Origin: a virus
Lineage: Duplodnaviria > Caudoviricetes
Length of the DNA stretch: 64,000 nucleotides
IMG/VR virus record: IMGVR_UViG_3300033067_002132
Coordinates: 96,001 to 160,000 of that record
Direction: 5' to 3' (one strand)
Shown here: positions 18,829 to 28,904 of the stretch, in pieces
Layout of the letters: each line of letters opens with the position of its first letter
Numbering within the stretch: the first letter of the stretch is position 1
Notes under the pieces: generated by a model
Database searches by the model: none
Told to the model about the DNA's origin: nothing
The model's input: only the letters and a program-made list of their open reading frames with translations
Program-made: the position numbers and the translations under genes

Positions 18829-19558
18829 GATCGTTAGAAATGTTATCTATATTTTTAAAATCTTCTTCTGTAACAGCACGTCCCGTATACCAAAAACTAA
18901 CTAAAAAGAATAATTTTTTAATAACTAATTTAGTAAAATTATCATCAGATTCATCTAATTCATCATATTTTTTAATTTTATCTTCAAATGTTCCTTCACC
19001 AAAAAATAGAGATTCACTATTATCTGGATTAATTTTATATGAAAGATTTAATATATACCAAAGAATAGTTTTATTTCTTGCTATATTTTCGGCGGTTTGA
19101 CTAAATAAAGATTCTTGTTGTAATTCAAATTTTTGTAATTCATTTCTTATATCACCTAATTCATTTAAAATTGCGATTGCGCGTTCTTCTTGTTCTTTAT
19201 TTCTTTCTTTTTGCGCAAGTAATTGAAATTCTATTTGTAATTTATTAGAATCTTGTCTAAACTTTTCTAATTTTTCTTTTTCAGGTTTGCTTAAAATGCC
19301 CCCGTCATCAAGAAATCTTTTATATAATTGAGAAGATGTTAATAATCCTGCTTTAATACCATTCGCTACATTAACTGCGTGAAATAATTCCGCGTCATCT
19401 ATTAATGATCTATTTGGTTTTCTAATAAAAAAAGAAACAGGAACTTGAATTGTCGTCGGTTTTTCTATTTTAACCGTTTCGCCTTTTTCATTTTTTGATT
19501 CTTCTATTTCTATTTTTGTTTCTTCTTTATTAACACTAAATTGATATATTTTTTTCAT
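18818..19558 (-). CDS. Putative tail assembly chaperone
   Basis: Charged coiled-coil protein between the tail tube and TMP. The likely start is MKKIYQF at 19558 rather than 19585. Confidence 0.5.
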   Translation of the reverse strand: MKKIYQFSVNKEETKIEIEESKNEKGETVKIEKPTTIQVPVSFFIRKPNRSLIDDAELFHAVNVANGIKAGLLTSSQLYKRFLDDGGILSKPEKEKLEKFRQDSNKLQIEFQLLAQKERNKEQEERAIAILNELGDIRNELQKFELQQESLFSQTAENIARNKTILWYILNLSYKINPDNSESLFFGEGTFEDKIKKYDELDESDDNFTKLVIKKLFFLVSFWYTGRAVTEEDFKNIDNISNDLDD

Positions 19559-19565
19559 TTTATTC

Positions 19566-19805
19566 TTAATCCTTTTTATTATCAATTAATTTGATAAAAT
19601 TATCTAAAGTTTCTTCTAATTCTCTAATAGAATCATTTCCATTATCTAAGATTCTTTTTCTAATTATTTGATAATCTAAATCATTAATTTGACCTTTAAT
19701 TTTTAAATCTTCCGCAGAAGATAAAAAATTTTTATATAAATTTGTGATAGATCGACGAAATTGAAACTTTAAAAGTTCCATTAAAGATGCGTTATTAATC
19801 TCCAT
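19566..19805 (-). CDS. Hypothetical protein (79 aa)
   Basis: Preceded by GTGTAA and an AGGTAAAAGGAA ribosome-binding-like element. Confidence 0.6.
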   Translation of the reverse strand: MEINNASLMELLKFQFRRSITNLYKNFLSSAEDLKIKGQINDLDYQIIRKRILDNGNDSIRELEETLDNFIKLIDNKKD

Positions 19806-19834
19806 GCCAGGAATTTCCTTTTACCTATTAGTCA

Positions 19835-19840
19835 TTACAC
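19835..19840 (-). promoter_or_regulatory. GTGTAA candidate late-promoter motif
   Basis: Lies just after the tail-tube terminator, where transcription must restart for the chaperone genes. Confidence 0.65.
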
Positions 19841-19860
19841 CAAAAATCTATATAGAGAAT

Positions 19861-19887
19861 AAAAAACCCGTCTATAAAGACGGGTTT
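19861..19887 (-). terminator. Intrinsic terminator after the tail tube gene
   Basis: 10-bp stem aaacccgtct-ataa-agacgggttt ending in a T-run on the minus strand. Confidence 0.85.
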
Positions 19888-19914
19888 CGTATTGTTCTTT
19901 TTTATTAGGGGATA

Positions 19915-21072
19915 TTAATAAGCAATACCTGACATGAATAAACCTTGTCCAGTCGCTTGAGGTCCACCTAATTGTGTAGAGAATTGAAGAGTAACGCTCT
20001 TATTAGGTCCAATAGAAGAACTATTTTCCATAGAATCTAATTTAGCATTTCTTAATTGATAGTAAGCAGCTACAGTAGATGATCCGGGTTTAGTAATACT
20101 AATAGAAGGACTATAATTTGTAGTAGCATCATTATTAATAACATCTACTAAGTTACCTGAAGCAAGATCTCCTACGTCAGCAGTAACAGAAAGACTTACT
20201 GTAACAGGAAAACTAATTTCGCGAGAAAAGGCGTATTTAGAACCTAATTTTTGTAATGGCTCACGAGAAAGATCAAAGCTTAATGAATAACTTTGGATCT
20301 TAATATCAGAGAATTTAGGACCAAGACCTTCTGTTCCAAGTGTTAATGTAATATCGCCAGGGCGTAATGCACTAATAGAATAATCTGTAGTATTAATTGT
20401 AGAATTATCATGATTAGTACGTCCAGTAGGTAAACTATATAACCATCCGGTTAAAGCAGTTCCATCTGTAGGATTAACAGCAGGAACGGTTTGACCCGAT
20501 GCTGTAATATCAACTTTCATGTTTAATGCTTCAACATTAACGGTCGCAGTAGGAAAGTTTCCAACAGATCCTTCTGTAGTATAAGAACTAATAAATCCGT
20601 TTCCAATTCCGAAAACAGCTACACTTCCGGGAACAGGCCAAATATTGTATCCAGCCGCATCATTACCTTCAGGTACAGTTAAAATAAAATAATTACGTTC
20701 ATCGTTTGTTTTATTTAAAATACCAGAAATAGCAGAAATTAATCCACCCGCACCACTACTAATAGTAAATCCTAGAATTTTTTCATTAGTCATACCTTGT
20801 AAAATATAACTAAAATCCAAAGAAACCGTAGGTTGTTCTAGAATAATACGATCAATCGCCGCTAATTGATTGAATTGGTTAAGATCGGTACGACTAATAT
20901 TATAACTATAATTAGCACTTTGTACACGTAATAATTCTTTTACTAAATTTGTTCCTGTTATTTGATTAGGTCCACCATATAAACCCGTAAGAGTATCAAA
21001 ATGTTTTCCGGTAGCGGGTGATGGTCCGGCATAAACTGATTCGCATTGGTAAATTGTACGATTTCTTGGCAT
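19915..21072 (-). CDS. Major tail tube protein
   Basis: 385 aa, beta-rich with an internal duplication. It sits between the neck genes and chaperones/TMP and has its own terminator, as expected for a highly expressed gene. Confidence 0.75.
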   Translation of the reverse strand: MPRNRTIYQCESVYAGPSPATGKHFDTLTGLYGGPNQITGTNLVKELLRVQSANYSYNISRTDLNQFNQLAAIDRIILEQPTVSLDFSYILQGMTNEKILGFTISSGAGGLISAISGILNKTNDERNYFILTVPEGNDAAGYNIWPVPGSVAVFGIGNGFISSYTTEGSVGNFPTATVNVEALNMKVDITASGQTVPAVNPTDGTALTGWLYSLPTGRTNHDNSTINTTDYSISALRPGDITLTLGTEGLGPKFSDIKIQSYSLSFDLSREPLQKLGSKYAFSREISFPVTVSLSVTADVGDLASGNLVDVINNDATTNYSPSISITKPGSSTVAAYYQLRNAKLDSMENSSSIGPNKSVTLQFSTQLGGPQATGQGLFMSGIAY

Positions 21073-21137
21073 ATATATCCTTTATTTCTAAATCTAATAA
21101 TAATTACATTATACTAAGACTAAAGAGAATAAAAATA

Positions 21138-21995
21138 TTATAATCTAGGATATCTGTATGTCTCTATTTCTAAATCAATAATTGACCAATAAATTTGTGG
21201 ATTAATTCTACGAATATCTACATAACTTTGATTATATTTACTAATATAAACTTCTTTAATAAAAGCTGTATTACCATTTAAAATAATTGGCGCAACTAAA
21301 TCATTATAATTAAATGATCCAGTTCTTAAATCTCCAAAAATATTAAAAGGCATATTATTTTCATTTAAAAGAGGAATTAATCTATTATTTTGGTCTTTAA
21401 TTATAGAATTTATAGCATCTAAAGAATATTGACTATCTGTTAAGGTTAATATACGTATTGTAGAATGAGTTATATCCATACCGCCAAAAGAAAGTGGTTC
21501 ATTAAATCCCCCGTTACTTTTAATAAATAAAACGGGATAATTAGAAGTGCTTACATTTAATCCTGTAGCCTCTAATGTTGTTTTTGGTCTTAATGAATAT
21601 GCTGTTTCTAATAGAATTACTTCTTCTGGATCACTAGTTAATTTTAAATTAGCAAATTTTACCCCAAAATATCCTGTAATTATAGCGTTCGAAATTCCTG
21701 TTGTATATACTCTTCCATGATTATAATCTATTTGATATAATCCATTTTGTCCAGTTTGACTAAAATTACCATTAATATATACGCCACCAGGAATATTAAC
21801 GCCTGAAATAGAAGAATCGGCTATTAATTGACCAAATGGAGACGCATAACAATTAGTATTTGCAAAAGGACTAGAAATTTTGTAAAAATTAACGGCTACA
21901 TTATTAAAAGCTTCTCCTTTTGATAGAATAGTATGATCAAGCCATAATAACGTACTTGACATTAGAATATTTTCATGTTGTACTTTTGGGATCAT
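21138..21995 (-). CDS. Putative tail terminator/completion protein
   Basis: Immediately upstream of the tail tube; YPVLFI...GG..THSTIRIL resembles a gpU-like fold. Confidence 0.5.
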   Translation of the reverse strand: MIPKVQHENILMSSTLLWLDHTILSKGEAFNNVAVNFYKISSPFANTNCYASPFGQLIADSSISGVNIPGGVYINGNFSQTGQNGLYQIDYNHGRVYTTGISNAIITGYFGVKFANLKLTSDPEEVILLETAYSLRPKTTLEATGLNVSTSNYPVLFIKSNGGFNEPLSFGGMDITHSTIRILTLTDSQYSLDAINSIIKDQNNRLIPLLNENNMPFNIFGDLRTGSFNYNDLVAPIILNGNTAFIKEVYISKYNQSYVDIRRINPQIYWSIIDLEIETYRYPRL

Positions 21996-21996
21996 A

Positions 21997-22602
21997 TTAT
22001 ATACCGATCACTTTTTTATTAAAATTCTGTATAATAGGTGTTAAATATAAAGCTCTATTTAAAGATTTATTAACTTTATTTTTAATTTGTAAACCGTGTC
22101 CTGATCTACTCTCATCTGTTTCTTTAAATAGATAATGTGAAATACCAGAAATAGATTTTTCTATTCTAATTGCCCAACTTCCATTAGACCAAGATGGCAT
22201 AGGCGTTATTCTTTCTATTTCTTTTAAAGACGGTAATAATGTTTTAAATTCGTATCTAATTTTTAATTTTCCTGCATATTTAGCTTTTTGAATATAAATT
22301 ATAGTTGTTTCTTCTAATAAATCTCTAATAGGATCAGTAGGATCTAAACCCGCTTCAAAACCTATAAAACTAAATAAATTTCCATTTCCTTCTATTATTC
22401 CAGATGTATTTTGAGCATCTGGACCATTATCTATTTCTATTGTTATAGGATGATTTTCGAATTCTTGAATCATTTCCTCTTTTATAATTTTAAATTTATC
22501 GGCGACCAAATTATATGCATGTAAACTAATATCTTTATCTTCGCGAATAAATTGATTAATTTGATCACGAAACAAAGAAACATTTATATATCCTCTAGCC
22601 AT
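21997..22602 (-). CDS. Putative neck/tail-completion protein
   Basis: Position in the head-tail joining block; GNLFSFIGF motif. Confidence 0.4.
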   Translation of the reverse strand: MARGYINVSLFRDQINQFIREDKDISLHAYNLVADKFKIIKEEMIQEFENHPITIEIDNGPDAQNTSGIIEGNGNLFSFIGFEAGLDPTDPIRDLLEETTIIYIQKAKYAGKLKIRYEFKTLLPSLKEIERITPMPSWSNGSWAIRIEKSISGISHYLFKETDESRSGHGLQIKNKVNKSLNRALYLTPIIQNFNKKVIGI

Positions 22603-23046
22603 TTAATTTGTTGCCTCTAGATGATAAATATAAAAAATTAATCCTAAGTAATTTTGTGGATATTTTTCATTAGAAAAATTAAAACTCATTCCATCTATTA
22701 CTACTCTTTCATTTGGTCCATTTTCTATAAAATTTTTTGCATCTTCTCTTACTTTAACTCTTGCTTTTCCTTGTCCAATTAATGTGACTTTTGCTTCATC
22801 TAAAAAAATAATTGGTTGATCATTTTTTATCATTCTTATTGCAGGATATATTCCTGAATTAATAGTATATGTAATATTTGGATATTGAGCGGAATCACCA
22901 TAACCTACTAAATTTGACTCATTTGGTGTAATAGGATCTATCTGAGGTTTTTTAAAAATAATAATATCTCTAGAGAATGTATCAAAATGATCATTTAAAG
23001 CGCCAGTTAAATATAATTTTGCATCGGAATCAATTAAATTAGCCAT
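22603..23046 (-). CDS. Putative head-closure (stopper) protein
   Basis: Likely start MANLIDS at 23046, overlapping the upstream stop; small beta-rich protein in the neck block. Confidence 0.4.
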   Translation of the reverse strand: MANLIDSDAKLYLTGALNDHFDTFSRDIIIFKKPQIDPITPNESNLVGYGDSAQYPNITYTINSGIYPAIRMIKNDQPIIFLDEAKVTLIGQGKARVKVREDAKNFIENGPNERVVIDGMSFNFSNEKYPQNYLGLIFYIYHLEATN

Positions 23047-23527
23047 AATAATTTCTTCCATTATTTGTAGAAGATATAAATAATGTTTGTTCTTCGGTAT
23101 CATCTCCTACAGTTTGTTTAGGAATAATATTTCCTGGACTCTTATATGCATTAATTAATGTTTTTAAATCTAATGCTCTTTGTTTTTTTAATTGAATAAA
23201 TGTTTGCGCCGCTTGATTATTACTTATTTTTCTTACAGTAGCACCATCGGAAGTTACTTCTACAATTGCATCAAAAGCACCCGCTCCATAATTTTTCTTA
23301 ATTATAAATTCGTAATAAAAAACTTCATATAATAATTTATATATTGATTTTTCTTTTTCTCCTAATTCGGGAGATATTTCATAATTTATAATTTCATAAT
23401 CTAAACCCAATAAAGTATTAATATCTCCAATATGTTCTCTTAGCCAAAAACCTATACTTCCACGAGAAATAGAGTCAGGAGACCCTAAATCTCGATGAAT
23501 TTCTTCGGCTATTTCTATAATTTTCAT
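23039..23527 (-). CDS. Putative head-tail adaptor
   Basis: Helical 162-aa protein with a EVTSDGATVRK hairpin; first gene of the neck block. Confidence 0.45.
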   Translation of the reverse strand: MKIIEIAEEIHRDLGSPDSISRGSIGFWLREHIGDINTLLGLDYEIINYEISPELGEKEKSIYKLLYEVFYYEFIIKKNYGAGAFDAIVEVTSDGATVRKISNNQAAQTFIQLKKQRALDLKTLINAYKSPGNIIPKQTVGDDTEEQTLFISSTNNGRNYYG

Positions 23528-23536
23528 TATAGATAA

Positions 23537-23542
23537 TTACAC
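23537..23542 (-). promoter_or_regulatory. GTGTAA candidate late-promoter motif
   Basis: 9 nt before the ATG at 23527. Confidence 0.6.
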
Positions 23543-23549
23543 TAGAGGA

Positions 23550-23897
23550 TTATCTTCCTTCAGACAATATCTTTAATATTTTTTCGTTAGGAAGTTTACT
23601 ATCTTTTACTTTAGGAATAGATGGTTTAGTAAACTGTGCTAAATGTTTACGAAAACGATTTAAAAGAATATTTTCTAATCTTTCTCTATTATCTATAGGC
23701 ATAATACCTAATTCACTTGCGTGAGATTGTAAATCCGTTTTATTAAATGCTTTTAATGTTTTAAAATAATCATTTTCATTAGAAGTTTCATATACTCCAT
23801 TACCCCTATCTCCCCAAATTTGATCTAATGTTGTTGGTTCAAAAGTTTCTTCTTGTCTTCCATTCACCTGTTTTAATTTTTTAATTTTTTTTGCCAT
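23550..23897 (-). CDS. Hypothetical protein, possible HeH/Rho-N-like helical motif
   Basis: Likely start MAKKIKK at 23897 after GGAGAAAAGGT; contains KTDLQSHASELGI...RERLENILL. Confidence 0.5.
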   Translation of the reverse strand: MAKKIKKLKQVNGRQEETFEPTTLDQIWGDRGNGVYETSNENDYFKTLKAFNKTDLQSHASELGIMPIDNRERLENILLNRFRKHLAQFTKPSIPKVKDSKLPNEKILKILSEGR

Positions 23898-23918
23898 ATA
23901 CCTTTTCTCCAAAGGTTG

Positions 23919-23924
23919 TTACAC
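23919..23924 (-). promoter_or_regulatory. GTGTAA candidate late-promoter motif
   Basis: Intergenic, upstream of the ATG at 23897. Confidence 0.55.
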
Positions 23925-23948
23925 GTATATGACATAGATAGAGAATAA

Positions 23949-24275
23949 TTAATCGGGTAAATCTTCTATAATTTCAAACGTAATATATGAATCATTTGGT
24001 ACACTTAATTGTTTCCCATCAGAAAAAGTAATTCTCCATTCACCCCAATAAACACCGGCACTAGAAACGTCTCCGCTTGTCCAAGGATATTGAACTATTC
24101 CACTTGTCGCGCTTACAATAGTTCCAGTTCGTAAATTAACCGCACCTGTAGGTTTATATTTATAAACGAATTCTACTTCTGCTCCAGATAAATCAATCGG
24201 ACCATTACTATCTTCTAATTCGCATTGTAAAATAGGAAGCCTATTGGTTTTTTTAATAAAAAATTCTGCGCTCAT
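23949..24275 (-). CDS. BppU N-terminal-like (Ig-like) virion protein
   Basis: PIDLSGAEVEF...GIVQYPWTSGDVSSAGVYWGEWRITFSDGKQLSVP matches the typical BppU-N pattern. Confidence 0.65.
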   Translation of the reverse strand: MSAEFFIKKTNRLPILQCELEDSNGPIDLSGAEVEFVYKYKPTGAVNLRTGTIVSATSGIVQYPWTSGDVSSAGVYWGEWRITFSDGKQLSVPNDSYITFEIIEDLPD

Positions 24276-24281
24276 TATATA

Positions 24282-25724
24282 TCAAATTACACTGGTTTTT
24301 ATTAATTTTATTTTTACTTTTGTAATATTAGGAAGAATAGTAGTATTATAATTTTTCTTAAATTTAATAATAATAGGATTAATAATCTCATTTTGAGTAA
24401 AAATATATGCTTTTCCAAAAATATATTTATTAGTAGAATTATAAATATTAGATTTTCCTTCTATTGTATAAAAAGAAGATTTTACTATAAAACTCTTACC
24501 TAAAAGAAGATTATTATTAGTAATTTGTATTCTAGAAATCGCGTTTTGATTATAATTATTTTGTATTTGTAATCGAGATCTTCCTAAAATAATCTGATTA
24601 TTAGTATTTAATGCGGAAATTTGTGCTTTTCCTAATTGTATATTATTATTTAATTGTTGTATTCTAGATTTTCCTGAAATTAAAATATCAATATTTGCAC
24701 CGATTTTTGCTAAACCAGAAATAGTATTAGATATAACAGTATTAATTCTAGATTTACCTAAAATAATATTATTATTAATTATCTGGATTCTAGATTTTCC
24801 TAATTGATTATTTATATTAGAAATTTGAATTCTACTAATAGATAATTGTAAATTACTTGATATTTTTTGGATTCTAGAAAGACCTATAATAATTCTTGAT
24901 ACGTAATTTTTAATATTAGAAACACCGATTTGTATATTAATTTTAAAATTACCTACGAGAGCACGTCCTGTTTGGATTTGATTTATACTATTTTTTAAAT
25001 TAGATTTAGCTAATTGTATATTAGTATTACGAATTTGTATTCTACTTAATCCTAAACTTATGTTAGAATTTATTTTTTGGACTCTTGAAAGACCTAAAAT
25101 AATATTACTATTTATTTTTTGAATTCTACTTTTTCCTAATTGATTATTAGATAATATATTTTGTATTCTTAATTTACCTAATTGTATATTAGAAGAAATT
25201 ATTTGTAATCTAGATTTGCCTAAAATAACATTAGAAGAAACTGTTTGAAGTCGTGATTTTCCTAAAATAATATTAGAAGAAAAAGATTGGATTCTAGATT
25301 TTCCTATTTGAATATTTGAAGAAATAACCTGTATTCTTGATTTTCCTAATTGAATTATATTACTAATAATTTTAATTCTACTTAATCCAGATTGAATATT
25401 AGAATTAATTTTTTGGATACGACTTAATCCAGAAATATTATTACTAGAATTTATTTGTATTCTAGATTTACCTAAAATTATATTATTTATAACTATCTGG
25501 ATTCTAGATTTTCCCGATTGTAAATAATTAGAAGTATTTTGTATTCTTGCTTTCGCATTTTGTAAAGAAGAAGAAATAATTTGAATTCTAGATAATCCTA
25601 TCTGAATTTTATTATTAATTGTACTAACGTTAATGTTAGATTTTCCTGTTTGTATTTGTGAAACAACAGAATTAGCCGATGGAAGTTCCATTTCGGCCCA
25701 AGAAATATTAACATTAATTGCCAT
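24282..25724 (-). CDS. Basic 14-aa tandem-repeat protein (NIQLGKSRIQ repeats)
   Basis: More than 20 degenerate copies of S-N-I-x-x-G-(K/L)-S-R-I-Q at a 14-residue period. Confidence 0.7.
   Translation of the reverse strand: MAINVNISWAEMELPSANSVVSQIQTGKSNINVSTINNKIQIGLSRIQIISSSLQNAKARIQNTSNYLQSGKSRIQIVINNIILGKSRIQINSSNNISGLSRIQKINSNIQSGLSRIKIISNIIQLGKSRIQVISSNIQIGKSRIQSFSSNIILGKSRLQTVSSNVILGKSRLQIISSNIQLGKLRIQNILSNNQLGKSRIQKINSNIILGLSRVQKINSNISLGLSRIQIRNTNIQLAKSNLKNSINQIQTGRALVGNFKINIQIGVSNIKNYVSRIIIGLSRIQKISSNLQLSISRIQISNINNQLGKSRIQIINNNIILGKSRINTVISNTISGLAKIGANIDILISGKSRIQQLNNNIQLGKAQISALNTNNQIILGRSRLQIQNNYNQNAISRIQITNNNLLLGKSFIVKSSFYTIEGKSNIYNSTNKYIFGKAYIFTQNEIINPIIIKFKKNYNTTILPNITKVKIKLIKTSVI
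24287..24292 (-). promoter_or_regulatory. GTGTAA candidate late-promoter motif
   Basis: Within the last codons of the upstream gene, 11 nt before the ATG at 24275. Confidence 0.5.
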
Positions 25725-25769
25725 AGTATTGAATTACTTTATAAAATAGTATTGTATTACTATTATTTA

Positions 25770-25775
25770 TTACAC
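25770..25775 (-). promoter_or_regulatory. GTGTAA candidate late-promoter motif overlapping a stop codon
   Basis: GTG TAA forms the last codon and stop of the 886-aa gene, upstream of the ATG at 25724. Confidence 0.5.
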
Positions 25776-28430
25776 TCTATTTGCAATAAATTTTAATCTT
25801 AAATCAGTATAATCAGTAATCGTTGCTGCTTGTCCAGTTGTTAATATAAAAGATCCAATAGACCAAGAAGTATCTATTCCATTATGAATATTACTTGCTA
25901 TTAGTCCAGTTCCTTGATATAAACTAACAGTTAAATCTACTGTTTCAGGTACATTTGATTTTTGATATCTATATCTTATTTTATGATTATCATAAGATTG
26001 AGGATGTCCAGTAGGGGTTAATTTTATTTCACAAGTATCACTAGAAGGATTATCACTAGAATTAATATATGTAGAATCATCTGGAGAAATTTCATTTATT
26101 TTACTATATAAAGGAGAAATTCCCCATAATCCGGTAGAAATATCAGAATATGGACGAAGAACTACGTTTTGTATATTTAATTTTCCACTTATCGTTGTAA
26201 CAACTACGCTATTATATGATGCGCTATACATACCCGCCGCATCTGATGTAGAGGTTCTAGAAAATAATTCTATATCTACAGGTAATAATTGTTTTTTAAT
26301 AATATTTATAGCGGGCGAATCAGAATTTAATTTATAATTTCCTGTTCCTGATTGCATAATTTGACCAACCATTGAACCATCATCATAAAATTTAAAATAT
26401 CCTGTATCTGCTACATTTGTATTCATGATACTATGTAATCCAGGAAATATTAATGGAAAATTAGTTGCCGATCCTACACCTGAAATTTCTGCAAAAATAT
26501 TTCCTTCCCATCCAACACCGTGCATACATGTCCAATTTCCTGTTCTATTTCCATTCGCAGTTCCAAAAGTATCTGTTTTAATATTTAAATTAGAAAATAG
26601 ATTATTTTTTACTGATATATGATCTTTATAAACAGGTAATGTTCCCTGATCATTATAAAACATATTATTTTTACCTAGAAAATTATTATTCCAAAGTAAA
26701 GCATTATATGCTCTACCTGAATCTGATGCACTAGAAAAAATAGAAAGTGCTGTTAAATTACTAGGATTTATATTTTCATATAAATTAGAAATAATAGCCA
26801 TTCCTGAAATACCTGTTGTTAAATTATTAGCATTATATGTACTTACAAAATCCCAAGTATTACTATTTGATAAACTAGATCTATAATGTTTATTAAAAGC
26901 AAAAATCGGTATTACAGAAAATGGCGCGGTTTGTCCTGCTATATTATTTGTAATAGTAGTTCCTGTATAATAAATAGTATTTCCTATAAAATTATAAACA
27001 TAAATAATGCCACTTAAATCATTAATAATATTATTTCTAACAATTAAAGGAGAAGTAGCATTTACAGAAAAAGATCTAATTCCTTGTCTTAATAATCCTA
27101 TATTATTATTAGTTAAAAAAAGATTAGTTGTTCCACCTATAGTAGAAGTTCCTGTAACATAAAAATAACAATTATTAAACCATAAAGCGGTAATATTACT
27201 AAACCAAATATTAACCGATCCAACAGAACCACTAATAGAAACATCTTCTATTTTAATCCTATCAGTAATATCATTATTACCAGCACTATTAGTTATTCTT
27301 ACTGTATTTTTATTTTCTCCAGAAAAGGGTTTAATAGTAATATATGTATTAGGTGTTGTACCATATGTAGATGAAGCACCTACAAAGGAATGATCTCCAC
27401 TTTTTAAGTAAATTATTCCTGCACCCACATCGCCTCTAGCTCTATTCGTATTATTATAATTGAATATTGCTCTTGCGCCGGAACATATCGTTAAATATGC
27501 TCTTGGTGGATTTAATGGATTAAAACCTGTAATATCTATTGCTTGTCCTGTAACAAATCCATTAGTAGGATCTACAATTGCTATTGTTGTACCATAAGTT
27601 CCACTAAAATCATTAACATATATAATTGTACTAGGTACTGCATGAGGATAGGGTGTTCCTATGTTTTTTGAAGTATCTATAATAGAAGTTAAATCTCCAA
27701 CCCAAGGATAAGCTACAAAATTTCCACTAATTATAGATCCTTGTACTAAATTACCACTAGCTGTAAAAGTATGAATATACTCGGGAATTGTCGTATAAAA
27801 ATCTATATTATCTGTAGTTAATTGTGTTTGAATTCCAGATAAATAATTTCCACTCGTATCGTTTACAGTAAATTTTACTGCTTTTACTGGTCTTCCTGAT
27901 TCACCAAAATGTTGATAAGCTAAACAACGAATTTTAAATGTATTTCCTGTAATTAATTCATATCCTGGCCAACTCCAATTTGCTATAACAGATGGATATT
28001 GAAGAATAGAATTATTCGTAACAGAAATTCCTGTAATTTGATTGTTAGGAGTCGAAGAATAAGTATATAGACCACCTGAAATATCTGCTTTTATATTTAT
28101 ATCTTTTTGATAAATATAATCACTTAAAGATAAAGTACAATAAACATTAATACCCGAAATAAATTCTTGTTTTAAATTATTATTTGGATAAGGTTGTCTT
28201 ACACCTGTTGTTCCATAAACATATCTTGTTACTTGTATAGGATTCGTATTATCATCAAAACCAGAAGAAGTAATCGTGAATTTTAATTTAGGTAAAGCGG
28301 TTCCTGTTATACTATTATTAGATCCAAAACCCATTGCATAAGATCCGCCAGAAGCAAGGCCAGAAATTCCGATAGTTGTTGTCCATCCAGACCCATCTAT
28401 ACTAACGCTTAATATATCTCCTATTGCCAT
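25770..28430 (-). CDS. Large virion protein with a parallel beta-helix (pectin-lyase-like) region
   Basis: Asn/Thr/Ser-rich. IIYLKSGDH is followed by NN-ladder repeats and YKLNSDSPAIN...D..G, a typical beta-helix cap; there is a C-terminal beta-sandwich. Confidence 0.55.
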   Translation of the reverse strand: MAIGDILSVSIDGSGWTTTIGISGLASGGSYAMGFGSNNSITGTALPKLKFTITSSGFDDNTNPIQVTRYVYGTTGVRQPYPNNNLKQEFISGINVYCTLSLSDYIYQKDINIKADISGGLYTYSSTPNNQITGISVTNNSILQYPSVIANWSWPGYELITGNTFKIRCLAYQHFGESGRPVKAVKFTVNDTSGNYLSGIQTQLTTDNIDFYTTIPEYIHTFTASGNLVQGSIISGNFVAYPWVGDLTSIIDTSKNIGTPYPHAVPSTIIYVNDFSGTYGTTIAIVDPTNGFVTGQAIDITGFNPLNPPRAYLTICSGARAIFNYNNTNRARGDVGAGIIYLKSGDHSFVGASSTYGTTPNTYITIKPFSGENKNTVRITNSAGNNDITDRIKIEDVSISGSVGSVNIWFSNITALWFNNCYFYVTGTSTIGGTTNLFLTNNNIGLLRQGIRSFSVNATSPLIVRNNIINDLSGIIYVYNFIGNTIYYTGTTITNNIAGQTAPFSVIPIFAFNKHYRSSLSNSNTWDFVSTYNANNLTTGISGMAIISNLYENINPSNLTALSIFSSASDSGRAYNALLWNNNFLGKNNMFYNDQGTLPVYKDHISVKNNLFSNLNIKTDTFGTANGNRTGNWTCMHGVGWEGNIFAEISGVGSATNFPLIFPGLHSIMNTNVADTGYFKFYDDGSMVGQIMQSGTGNYKLNSDSPAINIIKKQLLPVDIELFSRTSTSDAAGMYSASYNSVVVTTISGKLNIQNVVLRPYSDISTGLWGISPLYSKINEISPDDSTYINSSDNPSSDTCEIKLTPTGHPQSYDNHKIRYRYQKSNVPETVDLTVSLYQGTGLIASNIHNGIDTSWSIGSFILTTGQAATITDYTDLRLKFIANRV

Positions 28431-28439
28431 TTTATTAGA

Positions 28440-28445
28440 TTACAC
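28440..28445 (-). promoter_or_regulatory. GTGTAA candidate late-promoter motif
   Basis: 9 nt before the ATG at 28430. Confidence 0.6.
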
Positions 28446-28870
28446 TAGGTATAAATTTCTATAGTTTTTTTAATATTATTTCCGAAAGAATCATTTGCTT
28501 GCCATCCCAAAATATAACAAACAATTCTTTCGTTTGTAACTTTACCTGTTTCTGTAGTAATAGTATAATTCACTAATAATTCTTTACGTCGAAAATATAT
28601 TAATCGAAAATTAGAAAGATTTTTATTTTCTTGTGGAAGTATAATTTTATTAGAATTATTAATTTCTATTTCTCCATTAGATAAAGAAACAGAATAAATT
28701 TCTTGCGGATTAAGTATATTTTTAAGTTCGAATCTAATTAATTTTTCATGATCTATATCAAAAAAAGCAGATCTTTTATCTGGTTCTATTTTTGATTTAT
28801 CATCTAATGGTTGAATAAAAGTTGTACCGTCATTATAATAAGCGGTAAACAAATATTTTAATAGATTCAT
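28445..28870 (-). CDS. Hypothetical protein (141 aa)
   Basis: Intact ORF with RLIYFRR...YILGWQ, a motif seen in small phage proteins. Confidence 0.55.
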   Translation of the reverse strand: MNLLKYLFTAYYNDGTTFIQPLDDKSKIEPDKRSAFFDIDHEKLIRFELKNILNPQEIYSVSLSNGEIEINNSNKIILPQENKNLSNFRLIYFRRKELLVNYTITTETGKVTNERIVCYILGWQANDSFGNNIKKTIEIYT

Positions 28871-28904
28871 ATATCTATTATACTATTAAAATTTAATTTA
28901 TAAA

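Noticed and set aside
18818-18870. Programmed -1 frameshift between the two tail chaperone genes (lambda G/GT style)
   Set aside because: The downstream ORF is in the +1 frame, has a TAG six codons before its TTG start, and there is no in-frame X XXY YYZ heptamer. A separate TTG start is simpler, although a +1 shift cannot be excluded.
24400-25670. Periodic ~42-bp DNA repeats resembling a CRISPR array
   Set aside because: The repeats are degenerate at synonymous positions and encode a 14-aa protein repeat; there are no identical repeats with unique spacers and no cas genes.
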